In this document: positions 21,211 through 31,082 of the stretch, piece by piece
Layout: every line of letters starts with the position of its first letter
Position numbering within the stretch: position 1 is the first letter of the stretch
Assembly: GCA_963794945.1 (NCBI GenBank)
Contig: CAWCFT010000001.1
Location: 1 to 64,000, forward strand
Reading direction: 5' to 3'
From: Endomicrobiales bacterium
Lineage (GTDB): Bacteria; Elusimicrobiota; Endomicrobiia; Endomicrobiales; CAWCFT01
Length of the DNA stretch: 64,000 nucleotides
Position numbers and translations under genes: made by a program
The notes under the pieces: generated by a model
Databases searched by the model: none
The model's input: only the letters and a program-made list of their open reading frames with translations
Told to the model about the DNA's origin: nothing

Positions 21211-21270
21211 TTACAACCTCCTTAAACTCTCGATTTTTGTCGTTAGCGTTAAAAATGTGCCGTTGATAAC

Positions 21271-22335
21271 TTACAAATATGTTCTTCCTGACCAGAATTC
21301 TTTGAATCCTGATTTTTCATATTTGCGATATTCTTCAATAGATTCCCCTTTAAACCAGTATTTGATAGTATATTTTAAGTCTTCTATATAACTACGGTAG
21401 CTGTTAAAGTAATCTTCAGATTTTTTATAGTTATCTGCATTATAAAAAATAATAAAACATCTCCAATATGACCAGATCATTGTATCATCTAATTTGTTTA
21501 TCTTTAAAGTAATTATATCTTCATCAGATGCTAATGAATGATTCTTTGAAACTAAAATTGCTGCATCATATTTTTTCAACATACTATTTAAAAAAGATTT
21601 ATCTATCACTAAGTTGTCTTTATCTGCTATAGATTCATAGGCTTTTTGGATAGTTTCCCATAAACCACGAGTTTGTTCTTTTAGTGCTTTTACCGTTTCA
21701 ACTTTAATCATTCCGGGACGCATGAGATAATTAAAAATGATTCTTATTATTGTATCATAATACTCTATAGCGTAACTTGCATGTATAGTTTCAAGTAATT
21801 TTTCAATACCGACAACTAAATTAATGGAATCCAACAGATAACCCGGAAGAGCATAATACGCATTCCATTTTGCAATTATTACTGGGTTTTTATGCTCAGG
21901 AGTCATCCCTTCAATATAATATTTTATATCATCTTTGAAATATCTTTTTTTCATTATTGCATTTTCATACCACCTAACTTGAGGGCTATGCAAAGGAAAA
22001 ACATCCGTGTTCCATACAGGATAAAGCTGCGTTTCATAAAGTTTGTTAAGTGATTTAATGGTATTAAAAAAAGTTAAAGCTGCTTTTATGCATTCTAAAT
22101 AATTCTCTTCATTATTTGATTTTGCATATTTCTCTAGAGTCCCTGTTAATTCTGAAATAGTAGCATTTAAGATGTTTCTGCATGAATCTGCTGTTTCAGC
22201 GGCATTAATATAAGCTTTGTCAAATTCTTGTTTTTCAAAACGCAAGTTTATGTCATCTATCTTGCTCTTTATGCTGTTTACATCAAGGGTAGTTTTCGCG
22301 AGTAATAAATCTTCAACTAATCTTCTCGTGTCCAT
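21271..22335 (-). CDS. Hypothetical helical protein, AT-rich
   Basis: 354-aa intact ORF with SD AGGAGG; no motif recognised. Confidence 0.75.
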   Translation of the reverse strand: MDTRRLVEDLLLAKTTLDVNSIKSKIDDINLRFEKQEFDKAYINAAETADSCRNILNATISELTGTLEKYAKSNNEENYLECIKAALTFFNTIKSLNKLYETQLYPVWNTDVFPLHSPQVRWYENAIMKKRYFKDDIKYYIEGMTPEHKNPVIIAKWNAYYALPGYLLDSINLVVGIEKLLETIHASYAIEYYDTIIRIIFNYLMRPGMIKVETVKALKEQTRGLWETIQKAYESIADKDNLVIDKSFLNSMLKKYDAAILVSKNHSLASDEDIITLKINKLDDTMIWSYWRCFIIFYNADNYKKSEDYFNSYRSYIEDLKYTIKYWFKGESIEEYRKYEKSGFKEFWSGRTYL

Positions 22336-22595
22336 TTTGTTAACCTCCTATTCCCATACATTTTATAGCATATTTACAATGGATGATGGGGTCTTGATTC
22401 TTGCCCACCCACATTTTTCAACTTCTTGACATAATGTATCTTATGTCATAACATTATAAAAATCTTACATCTTTAATTCGATGTTTGCAAGGCACAATGC
22501 CTTTAATCTCAGGCCTTTGGGACATCCTAAATTAAAGCAAATTCGAAATCCGAATCTCGAAATCCGAAAAGTGTCCTTATCATACTTCCTCAATT

Positions 22596-23988
22596 TCACT
22601 GCCCGCCAAGTTTCTTGTTGATCGCTTCAATTACTTCCTGCATCATCTGTATCCATGCTTTCAGATAGGCGGCTTTGGCTTCATCAATACCTGGATTGGC
22701 CAGCTGTTGCTGGGTTTGAGGGATGAAGGTTTCATACTGCGATTTTACGCTTGCCATATCCGCGAGGGACATCCGGCCGCTGTTTATCAGCTCAAGCATT
22801 TTGTTTTTCTGGGTTTCAACTTCGCCGACGCCATTTGCCCCCTCGCCACTTGAGGGCGAGACGTTGGAGCCCGTGCTGTTCTGGGGAAGAGGATTGCTTG
22901 CTCGCCGCGGAGGCGAGAGGTGAGGGGGGCAAGGTGGAAGGAGTAGAGGCTGTCTTGCCGCCTGTTACGGTTTCAGTTGTCTTGTTAGTCAGCGCTTCGG
23001 CCTTGGCTTTCAAGTCTGCCGCCTTCTTTGCCAGCTTTGCGGCATCCCGCTCGGCCTTGAGGGCATCTGCTGTCAGCTTCTTGGCAGCGATCGCCGCCTT
23101 TTTGGCTTTGGCATCGGGCCCGCCAGGGCGGGTTTGCGGATTTGTCTTGTTGATATTGGCCTGCTCTGCTTGCCACTTCTGGTGTTCATCTGTAATGGCC
23201 TTGGTAATGGCATCTATGGGGGTGTCTGCCGGGACAAGCACATCTATATGTATGTTCTTGCCTGCCTTGGCTATATGAACGCCGCCCCCCTTGCCTGCGG
23301 CCTTGCCTTTGCCGGCTTTATCAGCCTTGCCTGCTGAGCCAAGCATCTTATCTACCAGCTGGCGGGTGCTTTGCTGGCTCAAATCCTTAGCGGCTATCTC
23401 TTGTGCCGCCTTCATTTTAAGGTTGTCATCCGGCAGGCGCATAAGCTCAAGTATGTGGTTCCGGGGCAACTTTAGTTGACTAAAGTTTTCTTTTACAGGC
23501 CCAGACAGCTCTAAAAAGCCTAATGACTGGCTAACGTACGCGGGGCTTTTGCCGACACTTTCAGCAACCTTTTCCCATTTCCACTCAGGGTTAAGGCCTT
23601 TGAGGTACTTAAAGAAGTCGGCCTCATCAAAGGGGGCAAGGGGCTTGCGCATTGTGTTTTCAAGATACCCATCAACCGCGGCATCGGCTTCACTTTCAAC
23701 CCCGCCAACTATGGCAGGCATATCCGTATGCTCCGCCAGAACGCAGGCTTCTTTCCTATTGGCGCCATATATCAGCTCATAACACTTGCCATCAAAAGGC
23801 ACAACCCCTTCAGGCAAAGGGTTTGGCGGCTCAACCTCGCGCACCTTGATGGGCACCTTTAGGCCGTTCTTCTTAATGGACTCCGCAAGGGATTTGACGT
23901 ATTCCTGATCCAAATCCTTGCGCGCCTGGTGCCGTGAGGGCAAAATGCTGTTAATTGGAATGACCTTTAAAACCAGTGAGTTTGACAT
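22596..23988 (-). CDS. ParB/Spo0J-family protein with long Ala/Lys-rich C-terminus (frameshift near 22885)
   Basis: PSRHQARK..LAESIKKNGLKVPIKVR, YELIYGANRKEA, ENTMRKPL and HTH VAESVGKSPAYVSQ. The second frame joins 22596..22799. Confidence 0.8.
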
Positions 23989-24092
23989 GGCCGGCCTCCT
24001 TTTGACTTTTTTATTTCCCCGTTCGCTGTTATCCGTTCCCCGTTCTCACGAACGGGGCTATAACACTCAGCTGCTCCGCAGCTGAACATAAT

Positions 24093-24674
24093 TTATTTCT
24101 TCTTTTCTATTTTTGCTACCAGTTTACGAATTTCATCAATGTTCTTGTTGAGCCCGTTTACCTGATCGATCAGGGCATCAAGAACGTCCTTGCGCGCTAC
24201 ACTCCCCAAAAATTTGTTTAAAAAAATACGCAGCTGCATATAGTTTTCTTTTTGAGCTTCAAAGGCATTCTTCAGTTCCGTTAGCCTGCTATTGTTCACC
24301 GATACGCCGTTCACAAGGTGGTCTTTCAACACTTTGGTTGCCCATATGCGGAATTGAGTGCCTTGCTTTGATTTTACCCTATAGCCAACAGAAATAATTA
24401 CGTCCAGATTGTAGAGATTGGTTTGATAAGATTTACCATCTAAAGCAGTTATCCGGAAATTCCGGACAACTGAACTTGCCGCGAGTTCTTCTTCCTTGAA
24501 AATATTAATTATGTGTTCATTAATTGTCCTGACATCTTTCGCGAACAATTCTGACATTTGCTTTTGAGTCAACCATACAGTATCATCTTCAAATTTAACC
24601 TGTAGTTCAGTTTTTCCGTTCGGTGTTCTGAAAATTTCCATGCTTCCTTTGTTTTCCACAGGCTTCTGCTCCAT
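24093..24674 (-). CDS. RhuM-family protein
   Basis: DTVWLTQKQMSELF, INEHIINIF, YNLDVIISVGYRVKSKQGTQFRIWAT. Confidence 0.88.
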   Translation of the reverse strand: MEQKPVENKGSMEIFRTPNGKTELQVKFEDDTVWLTQKQMSELFAKDVRTINEHIINIFKEEELAASSVVRNFRITALDGKSYQTNLYNLDVIISVGYRVKSKQGTQFRIWATKVLKDHLVNGVSVNNSRLTELKNAFEAQKENYMQLRIFLNKFLGSVARKDVLDALIDQVNGLNKNIDEIRKLVAKIEKKK

Positions 24675-24697
24675 TTTATTCCTCCTAATTCCAAATC

Positions 24698-24736
24698 AAA
24701 AAAAAACCACACCGCGCGTTGGGCGCTATGTGGTTT
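24698..24736 (-). terminator. Terminator-like hairpin
   Basis: AAACCACA..GCGC/GCGC..TGTGGTTT with a T-run on the minus strand. Confidence 0.5.
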
Positions 24737-24814
24737 ATATTTTCATACACAACGATTGTTGCCTATGAATTATTGAAACAATGACATCTGCTAACAAAAT
24801 ACACCCCCAACTGC

Positions 24815-25021
24815 TTAAGCAACCCTGCCCTTTACCTCCTGATAATGCAATTCAGGCAGCATTGCTTTCGCTTTCGCGTGTTCAACCGTAATGTTTACAA
24901 GATTCCCGTCCTTATCCAAATCGATGTAAATATCGCTGTTTATTTCTTTTGTTTCAATCACTTTGTTTGTCGTAAACTCCATATGGGCGGTATCGGTATC
25001 AGAAAAATACTTTATGTTCAT
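24815..25021 (-). CDS. DUF2283-family protein (putative antitoxin)
   Basis: MNIKYFSDTDTAHMEF..IYIDLDKDGNLVNITVEHA. Confidence 0.8.
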   Translation of the reverse strand: MNIKYFSDTDTAHMEFTTNKVIETKEINSDIYIDLDKDGNLVNITVEHAKAKAMLPELHYQEVKGRVA

Positions 25022-25023
25022 AA

Positions 25024-25263
25024 CTATTGCACCTCCTTAAAATCCCTGTCAAAAAAAGCGTTGTGCACTGTTTAGCCGTCAGCCAATAATATCACCCGCA
25101 AATACTTGTTAATTTCTTTTATTTTCGCCCACTTCTTTATCCTGCCATCGGACTGTATCTATTCTTTCAGCGGATGCGCCATTGTATATTTTATCCATTC
25201 ATCTTTTATACATTCCCTGTCCGGCCTCTGCCGGGTATATTGGAAATATTGAGTTGTTTTCAT
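25024..25263 (-). pseudogene. Small toxin-like partner of DUF2283 with two in-frame stops
   Basis: MKTTQYFQYTRQRPDRECIKDEWI..PLKE*IQSDGRIKKWAKI..KYLRVILLADG*TVHNAFFDRDF. Confidence 0.7.
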
Positions 25264-25346
25264 GGATAAAATCCTTTTTGAATTATACCATATTTTTTCA
25301 ACTATCGGCAAAGGCCGCAGTGGCAACAGCGTTTACATGTTTTGAA

Positions 25347-26255
25347 CTATCTCATCCGTTTGAACCACTTCTTTATGGTGTCCCAAATATTTAACGCTCC
25401 GAGCTTTGCCCTTATAAGGGATATAGACTGGGCGGCCGCCTTTTCCCCTTCCTTTATCATCAGGTTTATTTTGTCGAAATCCGACCAGTGCAGGTATTTA
25501 ATGGCCGGCATTATCAGGACGTCGGCATCTTTAAGGCAGATATTGTTCAGCATTGTGCCGGTGATATAGTTCGTGCGGGATATAACGTCCACAGCTTTTT
25601 CGGGTTTGTCCCAGCGGATAACTTTACTCTTGACATCGCAGGCTATGATGAGGCCCGCCCCCCTGTTCCTTGCGGCTGAAACAGGCGTAACGTTCACGGC
25701 GCCGCCGTCCGAATAAAATATGCCGTCTATTTCTATCGGCGGGAATATGCCGGGAATAGAAGATGACGCGAGGACGCATTTCCTCAGCGAACCGTGGGTG
25801 AACACCTTCTCTTCGCCGTAGGTGATGTCCGTTGCAACGCAGGTGAACGGTATTTTTGTCTCTTTAATATCGATGTCCGGCAGCATGCTGTTAATTATAT
25901 CTTCAAGCTGGACGAGCTCAAGTATGGAATACTTTGTGTGTTCGGCAATGTGGATGTAACCGTATTTTATGAAATCCTGCGCTTTGTCGAACAGGTTCTT
26001 TTTATCTTCCGGCTTCTCATCGAAAATATTGAGCCTCATGTTGGCGAACGCGGAGCCCTTGAGCGATTTGCGGACTATCGCTTCCACCTCGGCGGCGTTG
26101 GAGTAACACGCGTAGCACGCGCCGATTATCGCGCCCATGGACGTCCCGATTATCATGTCGATAGGTATCTTCTCTTTTTCAAGAACACACAGCACGCCCA
26201 GGTGAGAAAGACCCCGCGCCCCGCCGCCGCCCAAAACTAAAGCTACTTTTTTCAT
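25347..26255 (-). CDS. Patatin-like phospholipase
   Basis: LGGGGARG, GTSMG and DGG motifs. Confidence 0.93.
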   Translation of the reverse strand: MKKVALVLGGGGARGLSHLGVLCVLEKEKIPIDMIIGTSMGAIIGACYACYSNAAEVEAIVRKSLKGSAFANMRLNIFDEKPEDKKNLFDKAQDFIKYGYIHIAEHTKYSILELVQLEDIINSMLPDIDIKETKIPFTCVATDITYGEEKVFTHGSLRKCVLASSSIPGIFPPIEIDGIFYSDGGAVNVTPVSAARNRGAGLIIACDVKSKVIRWDKPEKAVDVISRTNYITGTMLNNICLKDADVLIMPAIKYLHWSDFDKINLMIKEGEKAAAQSISLIRAKLGALNIWDTIKKWFKRMR

Positions 26256-26275
26256 TTCTTTACCCCTCGTTATAA

Positions 26276-26405
26276 TCTCAAAAATCAAATGTCAAAAATC
26301 AAGAATATTTGAAACCTCGGTACAATAGAACCAGTTTTTGGGTTCACTTTTAAACTTTAATCTGCCATTTTTGTATATTTGATCTTTGATTCTTGATATT
26401 TGATC
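26276..26405. repeat. Heptamer inverted-repeat element, ATCAAA type
   Basis: TCTCAAA AATCAAA TGTCAAA AATCAAG ... TTTGATC TTTGATT CTTGATA TTTGATC. Confidence 0.85.
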
Positions 26406-26409
26406 TTGC

Positions 26410-27444
26410 TTATACACCCAGCTGCCCGCAGGCCGCTGTTATATCCAGCCCTCTCGGCTGGCGGACCATGGCCAGCACGCCGTTCTCGGCGAGCGAGTTC
26501 CTGAACCTGTTGATCTCTTCCGTTACCGGCGTTTTCCATTTCGCGCGTTCCGCGAGGTTGAACGGAATAAGGTTCACCTGAAAATCGTCCGTGCCTCGGA
26601 GCGATTTTGTAAGTATTTTAGCAAGTTTCTGCGCCGCCTGCAACGAATCGTTGACGCCAGCCGCGAGAAGGTACTCTATCGTAAGCCGTGAATTATTTTT
26701 CCGTGAGTAATAAAGCCCCGCTTCGAGAATTTCTTTTATGCTGTAGCTTATTTTGTCGCCGATGAGCCTCGCCCTGGTTTCATCGTCGGGCGCGTGAAGA
26801 GAGATCGCGAGCCTGACGCCGGTGTTCTCATCCGCGAACTTTCTTATCTCGGGCACAACGCCCACGCTGGAAACGGTCACGTGTTTTCTTCCGAGGCCCA
26901 GCTCTTTGAAACCTATCATTGAGCGCACGGCGCTTGACACGTTGTCGTAGTTGAGGAACGGTTCTCCCATGCCCATGAAAAGCACGCCAGTTATCCTCAT
27001 GCCGGACAGCGCCTCGACTTCCAGCAGCTGTTCCAGTATCTCGCCTCTTGTTAAGTTCCTTTTAAAGCCCGACCTTCCAGACGCGCAAAAAGTGCAGCCG
27101 ACAGGGCATCCCGCCTGCGAAGATATGCAGGCAGAATTTCTGTCCAAAGATGGAAGAAAGACGGCCGGTATAACGTAACCCTCAGCGGTCTCGAAATTAA
27201 ACCGGATCGTGCCGTCTATCCTTGATTCCTGTTTGCTTTTAAGTTTAAGTACGCGCAGGTCATATTTCTCGTCAAGCTTTTTTCGTAGTTCGGCAGGCAG
27301 GTTGCTGAAATCCGATATATCTTTTGATTTCTTTTTATAAACCCATTCCACTATCTGAGACGCGCGGTACGGGCTTTCGCCCATGGCCTCGATGTCTTTC
27401 TTTATCTCGTCGGGAGTAAGGTCAAGTAAGTGTATTTTATTCAT
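26410..27444 (-). CDS. rlmN: 23S rRNA m2A2503/tRNA methyltransferase (radical SAM)
   Basis: CISSQAGCPVGCTFCASG, FMGMGEPF and C-terminal AACGQL. Confidence 0.93.
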   Translation of the reverse strand: MNKIHLLDLTPDEIKKDIEAMGESPYRASQIVEWVYKKKSKDISDFSNLPAELRKKLDEKYDLRVLKLKSKQESRIDGTIRFNFETAEGYVIPAVFLPSLDRNSACISSQAGCPVGCTFCASGRSGFKRNLTRGEILEQLLEVEALSGMRITGVLFMGMGEPFLNYDNVSSAVRSMIGFKELGLGRKHVTVSSVGVVPEIRKFADENTGVRLAISLHAPDDETRARLIGDKISYSIKEILEAGLYYSRKNNSRLTIEYLLAAGVNDSLQAAQKLAKILTKSLRGTDDFQVNLIPFNLAERAKWKTPVTEEINRFRNSLAENGVLAMVRQPRGLDITAACGQLGV

Positions 27445-27472
27445 TTTATTGTTAAGGGCCGTTTAGAACTAA

Positions 27473-27603
27473 AATATTAAAGATTGAAGATTAAAGATTT
27501 AAAATTAAAAAGCTAACCACAAAGATCAAATAGCTTTAGGAGAAGAAAATATATATTATCATTTTACTTTATAGTTAATTTTTAATCTTAAATCTTAAAT
27601 TTT
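27473..27603. repeat. Heptamer inverted-repeat element, AAGATT type
   Basis: AATATTA AAGATTG AAGATTA AAGATTT AAAATTA ... TAATTTT TAATCTT AAATCTT AAATTTT. Confidence 0.85.
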
Positions 27604-28937
27604 TAAATTGTCTTTATCATCTTCGCGCCAAAAAAACTGTCCGTGCCGTGCTTGTGCGTAAAAGTCCTGAAGTATCCGGCTTCCGTAATAAGCTCACCGG
27701 CTGAAGCAGGAAGTTCCGGCCTTTGAAGGGCGAAACCAGTGTTCGCGCTCAGGAATTTCTCAACAACCATTTCGTTCTCTTCGGGCTCTGTCGTGCAGGT
27801 GCAGTACACAAGTGTTCCGCCAGGCTTAACGCACGCCGCCGCCGCGGATAGCAATTCAGACTGTATCTTTGGGTAACGCGTTGTTATATCGCTTTCCTGC
27901 CTGTTCCACTTTATGTCCGGCTTGTGCCTGACCGCCCCGAGACCGGAACACGGGGCGTCGAGAAGGACTTTCTTCGCCCGGATGTTCTTTAGTTTTGATA
28001 TGTCCGCTTTGACAAGTTTTATATTTTTTATGCCGTAAGCCTTGATGTATTCGCGCGCTTTTTCTAGCTGGGCCGCGGAGCTGTCAACAGCGGTTATGTT
28101 GACGCCTGTGCCCGCGATCTGCGCGATGTGGATGGATTTGGTGCCGGACCCGCAGCAGAGGTCCAGAACATCGTCCCCGGGGCCCGCTGAGAGCAGATAC
28201 GCTATCAACTGCGACGCCTCGTCCTGCACGCAGAACAGCCCGCGTTTAAAACTGTTCAGTGTTTCGAGTTTCGGGTTGGAAACGAATCTCAACCCAACCG
28301 GAGAGAACGCGCACGGCGCAGCTTGCGCCTCTTCTTGTTCGAGCAGTTTTATAAGCTCGTCACGGGAAATTTTTGACGTGTTCACCCTGACCGTCAGTTT
28401 GCCGGGAGTATTGCCGGCCTCGCAGAGGGCTATCGTTTCCCTCGCGCCGTACCTGTCCATCCACCTATTTACCATCCATAGCGGGTATGAATATTTTAGC
28501 GAGACCGAGCCCGGAACGTTATCCGGAGTTTTAATATGAGGCTCGCCGTTCTCAGACTTTTGCGCTTGTCTTAAAACAGCATTGACGAACCCGGCTGTGG
28601 CCTGGTTGAAAGATCTCTTCGCGAGCTCAACGCTTTCGTCCAGCGCCGCGTAATCCGGTATCTCGCCTTTGCAGTAGACCATCTGGTAGAGCCCCAGCCG
28701 CAGAATGTTGCGGACAGCAGGGTCTATCTTTTTTCTCAGCGAATACTCGGCTATCATTCCGTCTATAGTTTTGAGGTGCCGCACCACGCCCCACACGAGG
28801 CCCCTCGCGAAACCGTGGTCGCTTAGCCCTGAAGCCCTGTCCAGGACGGAACTTAGAAGCTCCGACAGATTTGTATTCTGGGGTTTATACCGGTTTAACA
28901 CTTTTAGCGCGACCAGGCGGGAGGATATTTCCGGCAT
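27603..28937 (-). CDS. rsmB: 16S rRNA m5C967 methyltransferase
   Basis: NusB-like N-terminus, VQDEASQ, LDAPCSGLG and YCTCT..EENE. Confidence 0.92.
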   Translation of the reverse strand: MPEISSRLVALKVLNRYKPQNTNLSELLSSVLDRASGLSDHGFARGLVWGVVRHLKTIDGMIAEYSLRKKIDPAVRNILRLGLYQMVYCKGEIPDYAALDESVELAKRSFNQATAGFVNAVLRQAQKSENGEPHIKTPDNVPGSVSLKYSYPLWMVNRWMDRYGARETIALCEAGNTPGKLTVRVNTSKISRDELIKLLEQEEAQAAPCAFSPVGLRFVSNPKLETLNSFKRGLFCVQDEASQLIAYLLSAGPGDDVLDLCCGSGTKSIHIAQIAGTGVNITAVDSSAAQLEKAREYIKAYGIKNIKLVKADISKLKNIRAKKVLLDAPCSGLGAVRHKPDIKWNRQESDITTRYPKIQSELLSAAAACVKPGGTLVYCTCTTEPEENEMVVEKFLSANTGFALQRPELPASAGELITEAGYFRTFTHKHGTDSFFGAKMIKTI

Positions 28938-28941
28938 AGTT

Positions 28942-29817
28942 TTAAGAGATTATATTCGGTATATTATAGCCGCTCATCTTATCGGCCATTTTCTCGAGGC
29001 GTTTGACCCTTTCTTCCATCGGCGGGTGAGTTGAGAAAAGCGTGAACAGCGACTTCCCTGTGAAAGGACTCATTATGAACATGTGCGCGGTCGTGGGGTT
29101 GACCTCCACGGGGTTGCGCTTTATTCCGTCAGAAAGTTTTTTCAGGGCGTGCGCCAAAGCAAGGGGCTTCTTTGATATCTCGGCGCCGGACTTGTCGGCC
29201 TCGAATTCCCGCGACCTTGATATCGCCATCTGTATGAGCAGGGCCGCTATAGGGGCGATTATGGCTATTACTATAAGACCGAGCCCGTTGTTCCTGTTGT
29301 TGTCCCTGCTTCCTCCGCCGAATATGGCGGCGAACTGCGCCATTCTCGCCAGCATGAATATAGCGCCTGCGGCCGTTGCCGCAAGGGTGGAAAGAAGTAT
29401 ATCGCGGTTCCTGACATGCGAAAGCTCGTGAGCAAGAACGCCCATAAGTTCTTCTTCATTCAGCAGCTCAAGTATGCTGCTTGTCACGGCGACCGCCGCG
29501 TGTTTGGGGTTGCGGCCGGTAGCGAAAGCGTTGGGCATAGGAGAGTTGATATAATATATCTTGGGCATTGGCAAGTTCGCGCTCTGGATGAGCCTTCTGA
29601 CAATGGCGTATATCTTTGGGTCTTCCGTCTCTTTAATTTCCTTGGCGTGGTACATGAAAAGGACTATTTTATCGGAGAACCAGTAGGAAACAAAGTTCAT
29701 TACTCCCGCGAAAATAAGCGCCATTACCATCCCGTGGTTGCCGCCGGCGAGCTGCCCGACAATTAGTAAAAGCATGGTCATAGCGAGCATCAAAATAAAA
29801 CTTTTTACTGTATTCAT
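28942..29817 (-). CDS. htpX: Zinc metalloprotease HtpX
   Basis: [26 protein letters not shown] and FSTHPP. Confidence 0.95.
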   Translation of the reverse strand: MNTVKSFILMLAMTMLLLIVGQLAGGNHGMVMALIFAGVMNFVSYWFSDKIVLFMYHAKEIKETEDPKIYAIVRRLIQSANLPMPKIYYINSPMPNAFATGRNPKHAAVAVTSSILELLNEEELMGVLAHELSHVRNRDILLSTLAATAAGAIFMLARMAQFAAIFGGGSRDNNRNNGLGLIVIAIIAPIAALLIQMAISRSREFEADKSGAEISKKPLALAHALKKLSDGIKRNPVEVNPTTAHMFIMSPFTGKSLFTLFSTHPPMEERVKRLEKMADKMSGYNIPNIIS

Positions 29818-29889
29818 ACCAATTTCCTCCATACTGATAATATGGGTATATTATATCATATTTTTGGGCTTCGTTATTCGCGAACACCA

Positions 29890-29922
29890 GAAACCCCGAC
29901 AGTTTTAAACGGCCGGGGTTTC
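29890..29922. terminator. Hairpin terminator
   Basis: GAAACCCCG...CGGGGTTTC. Confidence 0.55.
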
Positions 29923-30026
29923 AGATCCTCAAGATTGGATATTAGCAAGGTGAAATGATAGGCTTGCCGGTAGTTATTATACGGCACACGCTATGTATAC
30001 ACATTTGATAGGACCTAACGCAGCCT

Positions 30027-31082
30027 TTACTTTTTTGCGGGGCTTTTTGCCCGTGTTGTGGCGATCAGTTCTGCGAACCGGTCAATGGACTCGACCGCCC
30101 CTTCTTCCATACCGTCATTTAACATAACGAGGCGGTCTTCGACCGACTGGAAGACAGAGGTATCGGTCAGCCGGGTCTTGCCTTCATGTTCTTCGAACCT
30201 CACGGTTTCAAGCAGCACATGGCCCGGCATGCCTTCGTATTCAAATGTAAAGACGAGAAGTTCCGGTTTGCTGACCTTGTGGTAAATGCCGCTGAAAACG
30301 TATTTTTTCCCGTCTTGCCTGCACTGCACGAACCGCCAGGAGCCTCCCTGTTTCACGTCCATCTTATCAACGGTAGTGGTTAATGTTTTTGGCCCCCACC
30401 AGTGCTGGATGAGGCAGGGGTCCGTGAACATTTTGAACACGCGTTCCCGCGGCGCGTCGAGGGTGCGCGTCAGTACGACTGTCTGTGTTCCCTGCTCCGC
30501 GATAAACCTGGTTCTTCCTTCGGCAGCTTCCCCTTTTTTTGACCTGAGGCTGTCGGCGAGCCGGTCCAGGCTTTGCGACCAGCTCTCGTTAACACCTATT
30601 TTGAGCATGGCGTCGCGGACCTCCGCAAACGGGAACAGGGTGCGTATTGTTAGAAGCGTCTTGCCCTCGCGTTCATCAAAAGTAACAACATCTAACGCCC
30701 CCAGATCGGTCTTATCGGCGCCAAACTTGCGGAGGAGTTCGTGCCATTCCTTGGGGTGTTCTTCCCAGTTCTCGGAATACACGAGCCTTTCGGGCTCCAC
30801 TACCTCGCGATAAAAACCCTTTAGAGGGTAATCATTACCGTCGGGAGCGTTCATAACGATACGGAAAGCGCCCCCCGGCCGCGCGTCAATTTCGCACAGA
30901 GGCACATTAAACCCTTCCGGCCCCCACCAGTGCATAAGCTGCGCCGGGTCGGTCCATGCGCTGAACACTAGTTCCCGCGGCGCGTCGAATGTCCGTGAAA
31001 TAACAAACACCGGTTCAGTGACCTTTGCAAATTGCTTGTCTAAAGAAGATAAGCCGGTCTTTTCATGTTTTTTTTCGGTCAT
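30027..31082 (-). CDS. Tandem SRPBCC (AHSA1-like) double-domain protein
   Basis: Two RTFDAPRE.VF..TDP...HWWGP domains. Confidence 0.88.
   Translation of the reverse strand: MTEKKHEKTGLSSLDKQFAKVTEPVFVISRTFDAPRELVFSAWTDPAQLMHWWGPEGFNVPLCEIDARPGGAFRIVMNAPDGNDYPLKGFYREVVEPERLVYSENWEEHPKEWHELLRKFGADKTDLGALDVVTFDEREGKTLLTIRTLFPFAEVRDAMLKIGVNESWSQSLDRLADSLRSKKGEAAEGRTRFIAEQGTQTVVLTRTLDAPRERVFKMFTDPCLIQHWWGPKTLTTTVDKMDVKQGGSWRFVQCRQDGKKYVFSGIYHKVSKPELLVFTFEYEGMPGHVLLETVRFEEHEGKTRLTDTSVFQSVEDRLVMLNDGMEEGAVESIDRFAELIATTRAKSPAKK

Noticed and set aside
25024..25263. Stop-codon reassignment
   Set aside because: TAA and TAG terminate normal genes throughout the window.
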